This document shows positions 1 through 12,354 of a stretch of 64,000 bases of DNA, piece after piece. The translations under genes were made by a program, and so were the position numbers. The stretch is from Macrostomum lignano (Eukaryota). Location of the stretch: contig NIVC01003245.1 of the NCBI GenBank assembly GCA_002269645.1, positions 1-64,000 on the forward strand. The letters are read 5' to 3'. How positions within the stretch are numbered: position 1 is the first letter of the stretch; each line of letters opens with the position of its first letter. The notes beneath the pieces were generated by a model. That model ran no database searches. It had not been told where the DNA came from and saw only the letters and a list, made by a program, of their open reading frames with translations.

Positions 1-363
1 CTCAAGTTGTGACAACAAGAGTCTACCAAGCTTTGAAGCTTTGTCTTTCCGTCTCCCAATTTTGAATGAATGGCCCTGTGGCAGATTGCGACTGCGATTT
101 TGAGATCAGTGCCAGGGAAAAGATATAAAGTTACACTCAGTGAGGCATGGCTCAGGAGTCCCCCCCAGTGGTCGCAAGCGGCACAGAGCAGGCTTGGGGC
201 CTTGGGGGGATATGGGCGTAACAAGATATCCCTCCATTTGCTTCCACGCTGGGAGCAGTTTTCTGTACTCCCAAGACTGGAATCCATTTGCTTTGCTTCT
301 TTGCAAGTTCCTGACTGATTCTGCCTGACTGTCGAAAGTATTTGAGTACCCCCCCACGGGCCA

Positions 364-788
364 ATTCTATTCTATTCTATTCTATTTCTATTCTATTCTA
401 TTCTATTCTATTCTATTCTATTCTATTCTATTCTATTCTATTCTATTCTATTCTATTCTATTCTATTCTATTCTATTCTATTCTATTCTATTCTATTCTA
501 TTCTATTCTATTCTATTCTATTCTATTCTATTCTATTCTATTCTATTCTATTCTATTCTATTCTATTCTATTCTATTATTATTCTATTCTATTCTATTCT
601 ATTCTATTCTATTTCTATTCTATTCTATTCTATTCTATTCTATTCTATTCTATTCTATTCTATTCTATTCTATTCTATTCTATTCTCTATTCCATTCTAT
701 TCTATTCTATTCTATTCTATTCTATTCTATTCTATTCTATTCTATTCTATTCTATTCTATTCTATTCTATTCTATTCTATTCTATTCT
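364..788. repeat. (TTCTA)n pentanucleotide microsatellite
   Basis: Near-perfect TTCTA run of about 85 units; explains ORF 342..812 (ILFYS repeats). Confidence 0.98.
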
Positions 789-1504
789 CCAAGTTACTCA
801 GAAATACCATAGCATTCTGTTTCAAACTTGTAGCAACTTGTACTTATATCCAGGCTTTTTATGAGTCTGGGATATAAGTAGGAGACAGCTAACAGGTGGG
901 AATCAGTAGTGTAGCAGTTTCTGTACAGTGTGAAACCAGGTCAGTCCATGGCCACACAATCCATTGCTACATTCACTGCCTATCTCTTTTCAGTCAAGGC
1001 TCAGGCTAAAAGGCAAGATAATTTTATTCGGTGTTGCTGTTGCACAAAAGTTGTAAAACTCCCTATGAAGGAATTTTTACGCTGAAGCTGCTGCTACAAT
1101 TTCTTCCCGAATTCTCCACATGAGACCGGGAGGGTGAGAGAGCAGCTGAGGGTCTGAAATGAAAACTAGCTTCTTAATAGCAACCCCCCGATTCCTCCGC
1201 TCCGCAAGAAATTGGAGACACAGGAAAGATGGATGGATAGATGGAGTCAGAGATGCTGAGAGAAATTAGTCGAAGAAGTCGGGTCAGAGATCTTGAGGCA
1301 ACAATCCTCAAGCCAAATCCTAAACGGCTGAGAAATCTCAAAAATAGAGTCAGAAGGACTGGACCCATCTCATCCAACTGGTTAGCTCTTTTTAACGATG
1401 GGATAAGCTGTTCTTTATCTGTACAGCTGTTCAGCTGACACAGACAAAGGAAAAACACAGACACAGACAGGGGACTAACACAGAAACAGACAGATTAAAG
1501 AAAC

Positions 1505-1886
<382 letters not shown>

Positions 1887-2617
1887 TGGACAAACCCAGA
1901 CAGAGACATAAAGCTAACACAGAGACAGAAGACAAACAGACTGAAACAGTGGACAAAAAGACAGAGACATGGGACAAACACAATAAAAAACAGAGAACAA
2001 ACACAGAGGATAAATGCACAGAAAATATAATAAGACAACCAAAACAGATATTTACTGACAAGTAAATACTCAGAATATAGTGAAAGCGGTAGTCCCTATG
2101 CAATTACATACAAAAATGCACCGCATCTAGCTCTCCATCCTATATTCCTGTAATTAAATGCCAGTTTCCGCTAATGTTTTATTATTCAAGCCAGCAAACC
2201 AGTCAGTGACTGGTAAACATTCTGAATTTCTTTGAGAACTGCTCAAGTTTAGCAGAGTGATGAAGGAGACTGACCAGACGGAAGAGTTAGAGAGCCCTGC
2301 GATTCTTCTCAGCCCTTGAGTCCTTGTGTTTTGAGTCCCTTGTTGCCAGCTTTCGGAACGAATATTTTTTAGCTTCAGTTCCTGTGCTAACCCCCTTACC
2401 CACTCTTTGCCTTCTCGCTGGGCCTCGTGTTGTTTCAGCAAACAGACTGCAAGGAAAAGAGCTGCAGAGAAATGAGGAGAGGGAAGAAAGAGGCGGATTA
2501 AATTAGGAGGCTCAGCTTACAGCAGCCGATGTTGGATATCCCAGCGAACAAAATGGCTTCTAAGTGTTTTGGCTGAGGCTCTCATTAAAATTGGTCGAAG
2601 AAAGTTGATCAGATTTT

Positions 2618-2780
2618 GAGACACAATGAGTCCTGCTCAGAGACACAATGAGACCTGCTCAGAGACACAATGAGACCTGCTCAGAGACACAGTGAGACCT
2701 GCTCAGAGACACAGTGAGACCTACTCAGAGACACAATGAGACCTGCTCAGAGACACAATGAGACCTGCTCAGAGACACAG
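2618..2780. repeat. 22-bp minisatellite (GAGACACAATGAGACCTGCTCA), about 7 copies
   Basis: Direct tandem copies visible in the sequence. Confidence 0.93.
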
Positions 2781-3248
2781 TCGTTCTCAATCTACAATTA
2801 TGTAGGAACTTACACAAACTAATATTCAGTAGTGATTTAGCCTACCCTGAGCTTAATCTGATGACCTAACCAGTCGGAAAGTTTATTTGACTCAAAGTGA
2901 GGGCTTATACAGCTCCCTGTTCTATTTAATATCCCCGCTGCTTGCTCAGGCCTTGGAAGCTGCTTTCCATAGCATTCAATGCTCAGTGCCCGAACCTCCC
3001 AATGCCTACTGAAGCGTTGGCAATTTGCGTTTTCTAGCACTGATTCATCGGCACGGGGTAAGGCGCGCTTGAGCCTGACGATGGCCGCTACAGCACCGCT
3101 GCTCCTTTCTCTCTGTCTGGAGCCAGCCAGGCATTCAGCTCAAAAGGAAGGAGACCTGCTGTGAGCCACTCTGTGCGCCCAGTTGGCTTGATAATCAGCC
3201 GTGCGTAAGTAATTCTCTAACTGACAATTATTTTATAATCAGTACAGC

Positions 3249-3688
<440 letters not shown>

Positions 3689-4133
3689 CAGCAACAGTAC
3701 CCGAAGCTCACCAGATGCACAGTCGTACACAGTTCCTCGTGCAGTTTGGTACAGCGGCTGCCGCAGAGGCTGGAACAGTAAGAAGTGAATGAAGCAAGAC
3801 TCCGCTTTTTACAAGAAATTAAGGTTAAGATCGTCATGTATTTACTAGTAATGTGCAATAAAGTGCATTCTATCATTGTATTAGTAGGAGCAGATCCGCC
3901 TCTTCATTACTTAGCATCCATTTTTCAGATCCCACCGTTTTTAGCTCGAGGGGAAATAAATGGTAACTGCAACAGACTCCTCCTCTCTCTCTCTCTCCAA
4001 TTAATGCCGGTGAATGCATTTCTGCTTCCAGAGATGGAAACAATTGCTAAATAGCTAACTAGCCACAGGAGCCGCTCTGGCCTGTTGGGCCCCCACCTGA
4101 AGTTTTGTCCGCCGTGGTGGGTGGCGCAGCAAC

Positions 4134-4134
<1 letters not shown>

Positions 4135-4214
<80 letters not shown>
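4135..4214. repeat. (GA)n microsatellite
   Basis: About 40 GA units. Confidence 0.97.
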
Positions 4215-4215
<1 letters not shown>

Positions 4216-4242
4216 GCAGAGGGGCTTCGGCGTCATCGCTTT

Positions 4243-6573
4243 TTACCCCAGTTCACTCGCGCCTGCGCCGCCCGGACACAATGTGAGAGCGACGGGGGGG
4301 CAGACGGGGAGAGGGGAGCTGATTAATAATTCAGCTGTTAAGGGTGGCTCCGTTGCCTCGCAGGAGGGGGTGGGCATAGCAGTCAGGCTTTTTTGTCCAA
4401 CAATATGAGAAGCTTCATCAGGGGAGAAGAGGCTGAGAGGCTGGAGAGAGGAGGAACTTTCTCTCTCCCTATCAGGCCTCATCATCTTCACCTGCCGATG
4501 GGCCCGGCATGTTAGAATATATTTAATGTTTCCCATTTCTAATCGCCTGGTAGGATATTTATCCTCTCGGGAGCAGTATCGGGATTCCAATGATGAGCAG
4601 CTCAATTTCTTATCTCCAAGCAGTATGGAGAAATTTGATGCGGAATAATGTCCAATGGCTGAAAGATGAGACACAGATTCCAGTTCTTGTTTGTTCAATA
4701 ATGGCAGGAGGAATGCCGGAGGTTTGAAGCTTCTGGAACTTGGTGATGCTTTTGGGAACAGTAAAGCCACCAAAGCGCAGAGAGTGTACAATGAGTGTTG
4801 TAGCCTAGTGGTCAGAGCGTCCGACTCACGGCTTAAAGGTCGGGGGTTCGATTCCCGACCTTATTCGGAACAATTTGTGTCCTTGAGCAAAGACACTTAA
4901 CTCTGCATTGCTTCAGTTCACCTAGCTGTAAAATGGGTGCCAGCATTAGCTGGGGTAATTGAGGCTGTGTGGCGACCCCCCAGTCCTTGGACTGTACAGC
5001 CGCGCAATAGCTGCGGCTGAGCTGTCGGTTGCACATCTGGCCCAATTTGAGCAAGTGTAATCAAGTATTATTTATTATTAATTTATTATTACTAACAATG
5101 AGAAAGTCTTGAACACCCTGTGTGAGAGGAACGGCCTGTCTGCCTCCTCGTTGGTTGCGTTTCAACTGTCGCCAGTGATTTTCGAAAGTTACCCAAAGCC
5201 CCAAGCAAGTAACTATGATAACCGCAAACTTGAAGACTTGCTGACCTCGAGCTGTACTGCCCGCGGGCTCCGCTAGACGCAAGGAGACAGGGGGGTGGGG
5301 CCTTCAGGAAACCGGAATATTGATAACTGGTCAGCTGACTCGCCAACTGACTTGCCTGGAGACTATATAGGGGGGGGGAGATAGCTACCCTCCTCACTCG
5401 AGTAGACTGCAGCTCAACTTCCACAGCTTCAAATGATGGAGTGCCGCAAGATGTAAGCAGGATATGATGCGCCCTCAGCCCCCCCCCACCTACTTATTTT
5501 CGGAGTAGTTTCAGAGGCGCAGATGGCTTGGCCAATTTCTCCCGGGGAAAATTGGCCCCTTATCTCCTGACAACCCCCTCTCTCTCTTCTAAAAGCATTC
5601 GCATTGCCTGGCACCGCCCTTGAGCAATTTCAGCTCATGCCGAGTCAGCCAAGAAGGAAGGAGTTCGCACCGGGCTAGGGGGGTGGGGACAAGGAGAGAG
5701 AGAGTCTCTCAAGCTCCTCTCTCCATCCAGCCGCTACTCTTTCTCTGAGATGCAAAGTTTCCAGTGGGACTGACAAATTCTCATGAATAATTAATTGGCA
5801 ACTCAGCCAATACCGCCGGTACAGCTCAGTTAGCTAACAAACGGGTCTCTGCCGATGATGGGGCACCGAAATAAACGGTAATGGAACAAAAGACAAGAGG
5901 CTGGCTGTCTGTCTGTCTGTCCCGTGTAAAGCTTTGCGTGACCCCCAAGCGTCAGCAAGCTCATCAACACACACACACACAAGGATGAAAGCGAAGACGC
6001 GGATTTGGGAATAGAAATCCCATGGGTTGGTTGTTGGGAGGCCAGCAGGGTATGTTGTCTTCTAGCCTTGTGCTCAACATTTCATTTTCCTTCGTAGTCC
6101 TCGGTGTCCAGCTGGTTCGAATCGCAAATAGCTTGGCTCTCTGCCTGACGCACTCAAAATTTGATTTATGCTCAAGCGACTTTCACTTCCCCTCGGTTAG
6201 TTATTTACCTCTGCTGATTAACGACTTCCTATACTACACTAGCTGGTGAGGGTGTTGGCAGTGGGCTTGAGCCTGCTTTACAGCAATGCAATGCTTTCTT
6301 CCTTCCTTCCTGTCATCTCATGCTTCTTGACTTGGCCCAGCGAGCATAGTGGCAGTGGCAGTTAGTCTAAGCACTGGCCTTCCCCGCCCCTCATGCCAGT
6401 TATGACAGTGCTCACTAGACTCAAGTGGCCGAGCGTATATTTCAAATCCATTCCAGCTGTCCTCATATCGAGAACTCAGCGTGTCTTCAAGCCGAGAAGG
6501 ACCCACTTGGTTCTGAAACAGTTGTTCTAAACCGCTTTTGAGTATTGGCCATTCAGGACCTCCTCCAGCACGA
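4243..6573 (-). CDS. Candidate downstream exons of the protocadherin cytoplasmic tail: 6573-6416, 5426-5193, 4748-4243 (stop)
   Basis: Three open frames bounded by AG/GT sites (cacatag|..|gtgagc; tttgaag|..|gtaact; cccaaaag|) with mutually consistent phases (2->1, 1->1, 1->stop) and S/P-rich products. I could not find the phase 0->2 exon needed to link them to 7817, so the assignment is tentative. Confidence 0.3.
4796..5094 (+). mobile_element. tRNA-derived CORE-type SINE with 8-bp target-site duplication
   Basis: A-box-like TAGCCTAGTGG, B box GGTTCGATTCC, central GTGTCCTTGAGCAAAGACACTTAACTCTG...CTGTAAAATGGG resembling the MIR CORE domain, (TAT)n-like tail 5066-5090, and ACAATGAG duplicated at 4788-4795 and 5095-5102. 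Confidence 0.8.
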
Positions 6574-7116
6574 CTATGTGAGAGAGAGAGAGAGGTTTGG
6601 GGGGTCACACTTTCGCTCAGGGTAGCAATGCTGTGAAGCTCTTAGCGTTTAGATAGCAGAAAAAATACGTTGTAAAAAATAACGTATGCTGCAGCTGGAT
6701 AGGGGCCTAAAGAAAAACTTATCTTAAATTGGTTCGTCAGATCGCGCGGCCTCCACCCAACCTTCCCACTTGATGCTTATATCCCCCCACCTTGGCAAAC
6801 GTCAAGTGGGGACCGGGGAAGTCTGTCTGTCTGTGTGCAGATCGTGACGCTGCTCCTGACGCAAAAACATAGATTTACACTAAGGGGTGGTTGGAAGATA
6901 AAACTATACCAACGAACTGTTTGATTTGATTCTGGGCACCCCAAGCGGGGCCTTGGAAACAAGCCTGCCCGATATTTACACTTCAGAGGTCCGTGCAAAA
7001 CTGGCTGTGTGCGAATGAACCGCTTTTCAATTTGGTTTTCCAAGTCTTTGAATCCGGAAAGCAGCACAGGGTACACAACAAGCTGGAGGGACTTGTAAGC
7101 AACGGGAAATCTTGGG

Positions 7117-7147
<31 letters not shown>

Positions 7148-7816
7148 GTCTTTGACGGGGAAGAGAAATCAGACACAAAACGATGCAAGGGCAGGGGGAT
7201 AGCAGGAGCCAAATGGAACCAGCTGCTGCAGATTCGAGCTGCTGGCCTACCTGATTTAGGAGTCATAAAACTTTGCTCTCTCTCCGAACCGAGCTCTCCT
7301 TGCTTGTCCGACTGGTCCCTCTTTTACTAATATTGCCAATGCAAGTCCCAGCAGGGACAGCGAGAGAGGGGGGGCGGGCCTGACAACGGGAGCCTCCGGT
7401 TCAAACGGAACTGGGGGGGGGGGGCTGCCAGTGACAGCTGGCGGCGTCCCGCGCCTTTTACAACCCGCCATTTCAACGCGGGCTCTCACTGCTTGTGCGC
7501 GCCCGTGTGTGTGTGTGTGTGTCATCTCCTCCTGACTCTTCTCGACCCCTAAATCTCACTTTCACTGTGTCGCACTCCCTCTGTCCCTGTTACCCTCTTC
7601 TCTGCTACCAGAAAGTTAGAGAGGCGAACAAGATGGGAAACAGAAAAAATGCTGAATTTATGAAGCAAGCTTTCTTTGTGCTTCAGAAAACGAAGGAAAA
7701 AATGGTTGGGACGATGGGCGATAGCTCGTAGAAAGCAAACTTCCATTAACCCTGCTTTTGGTATCCATGGGGAGACGCCAAAGGTAAGCGGAGACAGACA
7801 GAGCGGATCCTCTCAC

Positions 7817-10747
7817 CTGACTGATCGAGGGTCTGTCGCCGAACTTGAAGAAAGCGTCAGCACCGTCTGAGACGGTGTTCGCCGCGGAAGCGGCACCAGC
7901 CACTGCCACATCCGGGTCGTCAGTGGCGCACGGTTTGGCACTGCGGCCGCTTGGCGCCAGACAGAGCAGCAGCAGGTCCGGCAGGAACTCCGGCGTGTTG
8001 TGCCAGTGCCGGGCATAGCACAGCAGCAACACGGTGGCAATCAGAAGCAGGAAGATGAAAGCCGCCACCGCTACCAGGATGCTGGCGTCGTGCATTTGAA
8101 AGAAACTGAAGCCGGAATTGCCGTTGTTACCGACGCCGCCTCGAAAATGCGTGCCGCCGCTGCCCCCTGCGCCTGACAGCCGGTCGCCGGACGATCCGCC
8201 TGACCGGCTGTGCGGCTGCGACGCGTCCACGGTGATGAAGAACTCGCAGCTGGCGCTCAGGCTGGTCGGCAGGCCCGAGTCTCGAACTGTGACTCGAACT
8301 CGGTGCTTCCCCATGTCGCGCTGCTTCATACGGGCAGCAACCTTGACCTCGCCGCTCTCCTGATCGATGCTGAACAGCTGGCCTGGTTCCAGAGAGAACA
8401 GAAACCGCCCGTTGGTTGTCTTTTGTCGGTCGTCGTCCTTGGCGTTCACTTTCACGATGGTGTAGCCGGTTGCCTCGCGCCAGGACACGTTGTGATGCCG
8501 GTGCAGCTGCCGCCGCTGACCCAGCGACTGCGCCGGTCCTGCCGTTGGCGTGTCGTCGGTGCAAGGATAAAATATCTTTGGCGAGTGGTCGTTCTGGTCA
8601 ATCACGTTGACTGTTACCAGGCTGGTGACGCGGTGACCGCGGCCTTGGTCGTCGTCGGTCGCGATGATGAGAAATTCGTACTTATTGATGCGCTCGCTGT
8701 CCAAGCTTTCGGTGGCGACGAGGAAAAAGCGGCGCTGCTCCGGCGAAGTCGACTGCAGCTCCTCCCGAATGTGAAACGGAAGTCGCCGGTCCAGCGGCCG
8801 CCCAGGAGCCGGTTGCAGCCTGAGAGACAGATGGCCCACACGGTCAGGATCAGAAACGTAAATCTGGCCCACCTGCAGTCCGGGCTTGTTGTTCTCCGTC
8901 ACGCTGAACTCCATTTTCGACTCCATGTGCGGCGGATTGTCGTTCTGATCGTTGATGGCCAGTCGGAAGCTGATGGTGCTGGAACGCGCCGGGTTTCCCT
9001 TGTCGGTGCCGACAACAACCACGTCGAAAGCGTCGGTTGGCGGGTTGGTTTCCTCCCGGTCGAGGCGCTTCTTCGTCACGATGACGCCGTCGGCTAGGAC
9101 AGTGAAAGACTCCAGCGTCTTCATCGGGGAGCCGCGCATTGAGTAACCGACGGTGCCGTTCTCCTGGTAGTCCAGATCGATTCCAACCACCCGAGCGACG
9201 CGAAAATTCTCTGGTACGTTCTCATCTACCTCGACAACGTGGGAGTCGTGCGCGGACAGCCGGCCGGACCAGGGCCGGACGCTGAGCTGCGGATCGTTGT
9301 CATTTTCGTCGAGTACCTGGACGGTGATGTTGCCAGATACCGAGTTCCGTCCGTCTCGGCAGATGATCCTCACCTCATGCTTCACGTCAACGCTGTTGGC
9401 TCTCTCCGGTGGCACGCCTTGCAGAAAGGCCTCCCGGTCGAGACTGACTTCCGTAAGCGTGCCCAATAGGTAAATGTACTGGTCCTTGGCCTTCGGCGCT
9501 TCCTTGAGATCGTGCAGCCGGAACTGTCCCCGATCGGTGGGGTTGTCCAGCTCGCAGCTCATTGAGTCCACGTCCCTGTCCGTCACCACCAGCTGGGCGA
9601 GCATCTCACCGGCGCGCTCGTTCTCCCTGACGCTGGCGAAGATCCTCCGCTCACCGCTCTGCATGTAGTGGATGCGCAGAGTTGGCTTCTCGTCGTTCTC
9701 GTTCACCACCAGAACGGTGACGGTGGCGGTGGCCAGGGACTGCTGCCTGGTATAGGGCACCACATTCTTAGCCACAATAGGCAGCTCGTACTTGCTGCGC
9801 TCTTCGTAGTCCAGCTGGCCGTTCAGGCAAATCCGGCCGGTGCTCCGTTCCAGTCGGAATTTTTGCTGAATAGTCTCCGCCTCCTCACCCAGCTGTCTGG
9901 CGTCGAGCTCGTAGACAATCTTGGCGTTGATGCCGATGTCGTCGTCGCGAGCGGAGACTCCGGCCACGCAGCCGAAGCGCTGGCTCTCGTTGACGTGGAC
10001 TGTGTCGTGGCTGTGCATGAAGTACGGGTAGTGATCGTTGCTGTCGTTGACGCTCACCAGGATGCGCATGCTGCCGTTCCTGCCGCTGCCGTCAATGGCG
10101 GTGAGCGTCAGGTCGTACTCGGCGGCCTCTTCCCGATCAAGGCTGGAGGTCAGCTCGAGAAACAGCTTGCTGATGCTGCGTCGCATGCCATGCTCAGGTC
10201 GCAGGTTGAAGCGGCCGGTGTTGGGCTTGAGGTCGTATTGAACAACGGAGTTGTCCTCAGCGTCGGGGTCGTGAGCCAACGGCAGGCGCTCGGAAAAGCC
10301 GGCCGAAGTTTCCTCGCTGATGCTGATGCGGAGCAGCGTCTGGTCAAACCGGGGGCTGTGGTCGTTGGCATCGCGGAGAGTCACTCGCAGCGTCTTTGTG
10401 CTGATGGTCCCGGCGTGGCTATTTAAGAAGGTCAGCGTCAGTTGGCAGTCGCGCAGATTCTCGCAGCAGAGCTTGTCAGTCTGGCACATGGTGTCCCGGT
10501 CCAGCAATTTCTTGACCCTAATCGGTCCCTTGGAGACTGGGTCGTACTCAAAGTAGGGATGCCGGAACAGCACGAAGCTGCCAGAGAGGATTCCAGCGTC
10601 CCGCAACGGCTGGTTGAGCTGCGGCAGTGCCGTCCCAGCGGGTTGGTCCTCTTCGATGACAAGATCGGAGATGGAGGCGGCGGTGCCGGCAAGGAGGCTG
10701 AGTACAGCAAGCAGCAGTCTGGGCGCAGCGGATGCCATTGGCGGCAT
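7817..10747 (-). CDS. Protocadherin: one large exon encoding signal peptide, 7 cadherin repeats, TM helix and start of cytoplasmic tail
   Basis: ORF 7658..10846. Signal peptide MPPMASAAPRLLLAVLSLLAG; seven EC repeats with DRE/DYE, DxD and DxNDxxP motifs; EC1 LDRDTMC..C cysteines typical of protocadherins; TM ILVAVAAFIFLLLIATVLLLCY; donor CAG|gtgaga at 7817/7816. ATG at 10747 (or 10738). Confidence 0.95.
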
Positions 10748-12354
10748 CTTGTCGGCAGGAAAATTATCTGTGAGAAATTTAGTTTCAAATTGAAAGAAGA
10801 GAGATTTTTGTAATGTTGATGCAGACTGGCTATGAAAGCTTAGCATTTATGTATTAGCGGGAAAAGTAGCTAAGGATGCCTGAATGATCTGACCCGGATT
10901 GCCATTGGCCAGTGCAGAATTGGTCCTGGCCAATCAGCTATCGCTGCCCCACGAGAACCAGCTTGTTGATTCTCCGTTTAGCATGGACCTCTGTTGCTTT
11001 AACTGGACTGGTTAGAAATGCCAATTCGCATACAGAAGAAAAACCTACTGCTCAACAGTTATTTTACACTACACAGTTAGTCTGCTTTCAATCCATATGA
11101 CTCTCGGGGTCCTTGCGATTAGTTGGCTCGTTATATAACAGCCTACTAACGAGTAGAGAGATATGTGAAGCGAATATTCTATATTTTTGCAAGCCGAAAA
11201 GGTTTCTCAATGATTACCAAGTAGAAGCTTGAAATGCTACTAGATCAGGTTTCATTTGGCCCATAGACTATGACAGCTCATCTAGCTCTCATTACGGATG
11301 AGTGAGTTCCATTGGATGATTCCATCAAAGGGCTTTCAGCACTGCAAGCTTCTTTCGCTAGATGTGCGCCAATCAATGCGGCCCAATGCGGTGAAAAATG
11401 AACTCAAAATACAGAGCAGCTCTGTGGTGTAGGGGCGGTTCGGGTTCTATTAAGGGATGACATCGGCGTGCCCAGATCCTGTTATTATATATTTTAAACA
11501 AATAATAAACTTGAGATCGCCAAGGCTAATAGTTAGTGATAACTAACCGTTCGAATTGGTGCGCAAAAGTGGATTGTCTAGCTAAACTACTGTGAGTAGG
11601 GCATGCAAACTAAGAATTTCTACACTAAATTCTAAGGATAAAAGTGTGAAATAACAAAACTCTTACTAAACACATCGTGTCGCTTAGGTAAACAAGTGGT
11701 TGCTAAAATAAAAATCAATGATACAATGTAATGAATAAGTAAAATTTAGATAACCGCCTAGAATTAAGACAAAAATTACTTTTAAATTAAAGGAAAGTGA
11801 AAAGAAACTTTAAAATGTTTTTAATGAATATATGCTTAAAATATGAGCATAGCTACTTTTTTCAAAGCTTAATTTGTGTAATTTACGGAACAGAAATAGA
11901 AATCTGAAAACTGAAAATAAGTTATTATAACAGAACAAAACGTAACCTTTTGACCATAGACGAACAAGGGTAACTCGCTTAAAAGCTTTTTAAGTGACCA
12001 TCCGTCTATGGTCAAAAGCCAATCTCATCCAGGTAGGAATAGAAAAGATTGCTCGTCTTCAGAGAGTCTATGGCCGAAACTCTAGGATTCTATTGTCTAT
12101 TTCAAGTCTATAAATACTCTCCAATATGAATTTCTTGTGGCTGATAAATTTCCTGTGGAGATCATCAAAGATGGCCTTTAAATTTACTATGGAATTTCGA
12201 CCATAGACACTGTGCAGACGAGACATTCAAAGTCTGCAGAGTCAAAGTCTCAGGGGTGGGGGAGGGACATCTTGACAGTTTTCAGGCGAACAACTCTGTT
12301 ACAAACTGCATCCCTTAGCTTAGTTGCCACCCGCAATGAGTGCAGCAGGTTCAA

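Noticed and set aside
4243-5424. SINE insertion splitting one long ORF (5424..5092 plus 4791..4243)
   Set aside because: Removing the SINE and one TSD copy joins the first ORF to a different frame that stops after about 30 codons; an intron location for the SINE fits better.
7676-10813. Plus-strand and alternative-frame ORFs overlapping the protocadherin exon
   Set aside because: Expected shadow ORFs of a GC-rich coding exon; no independent motifs.
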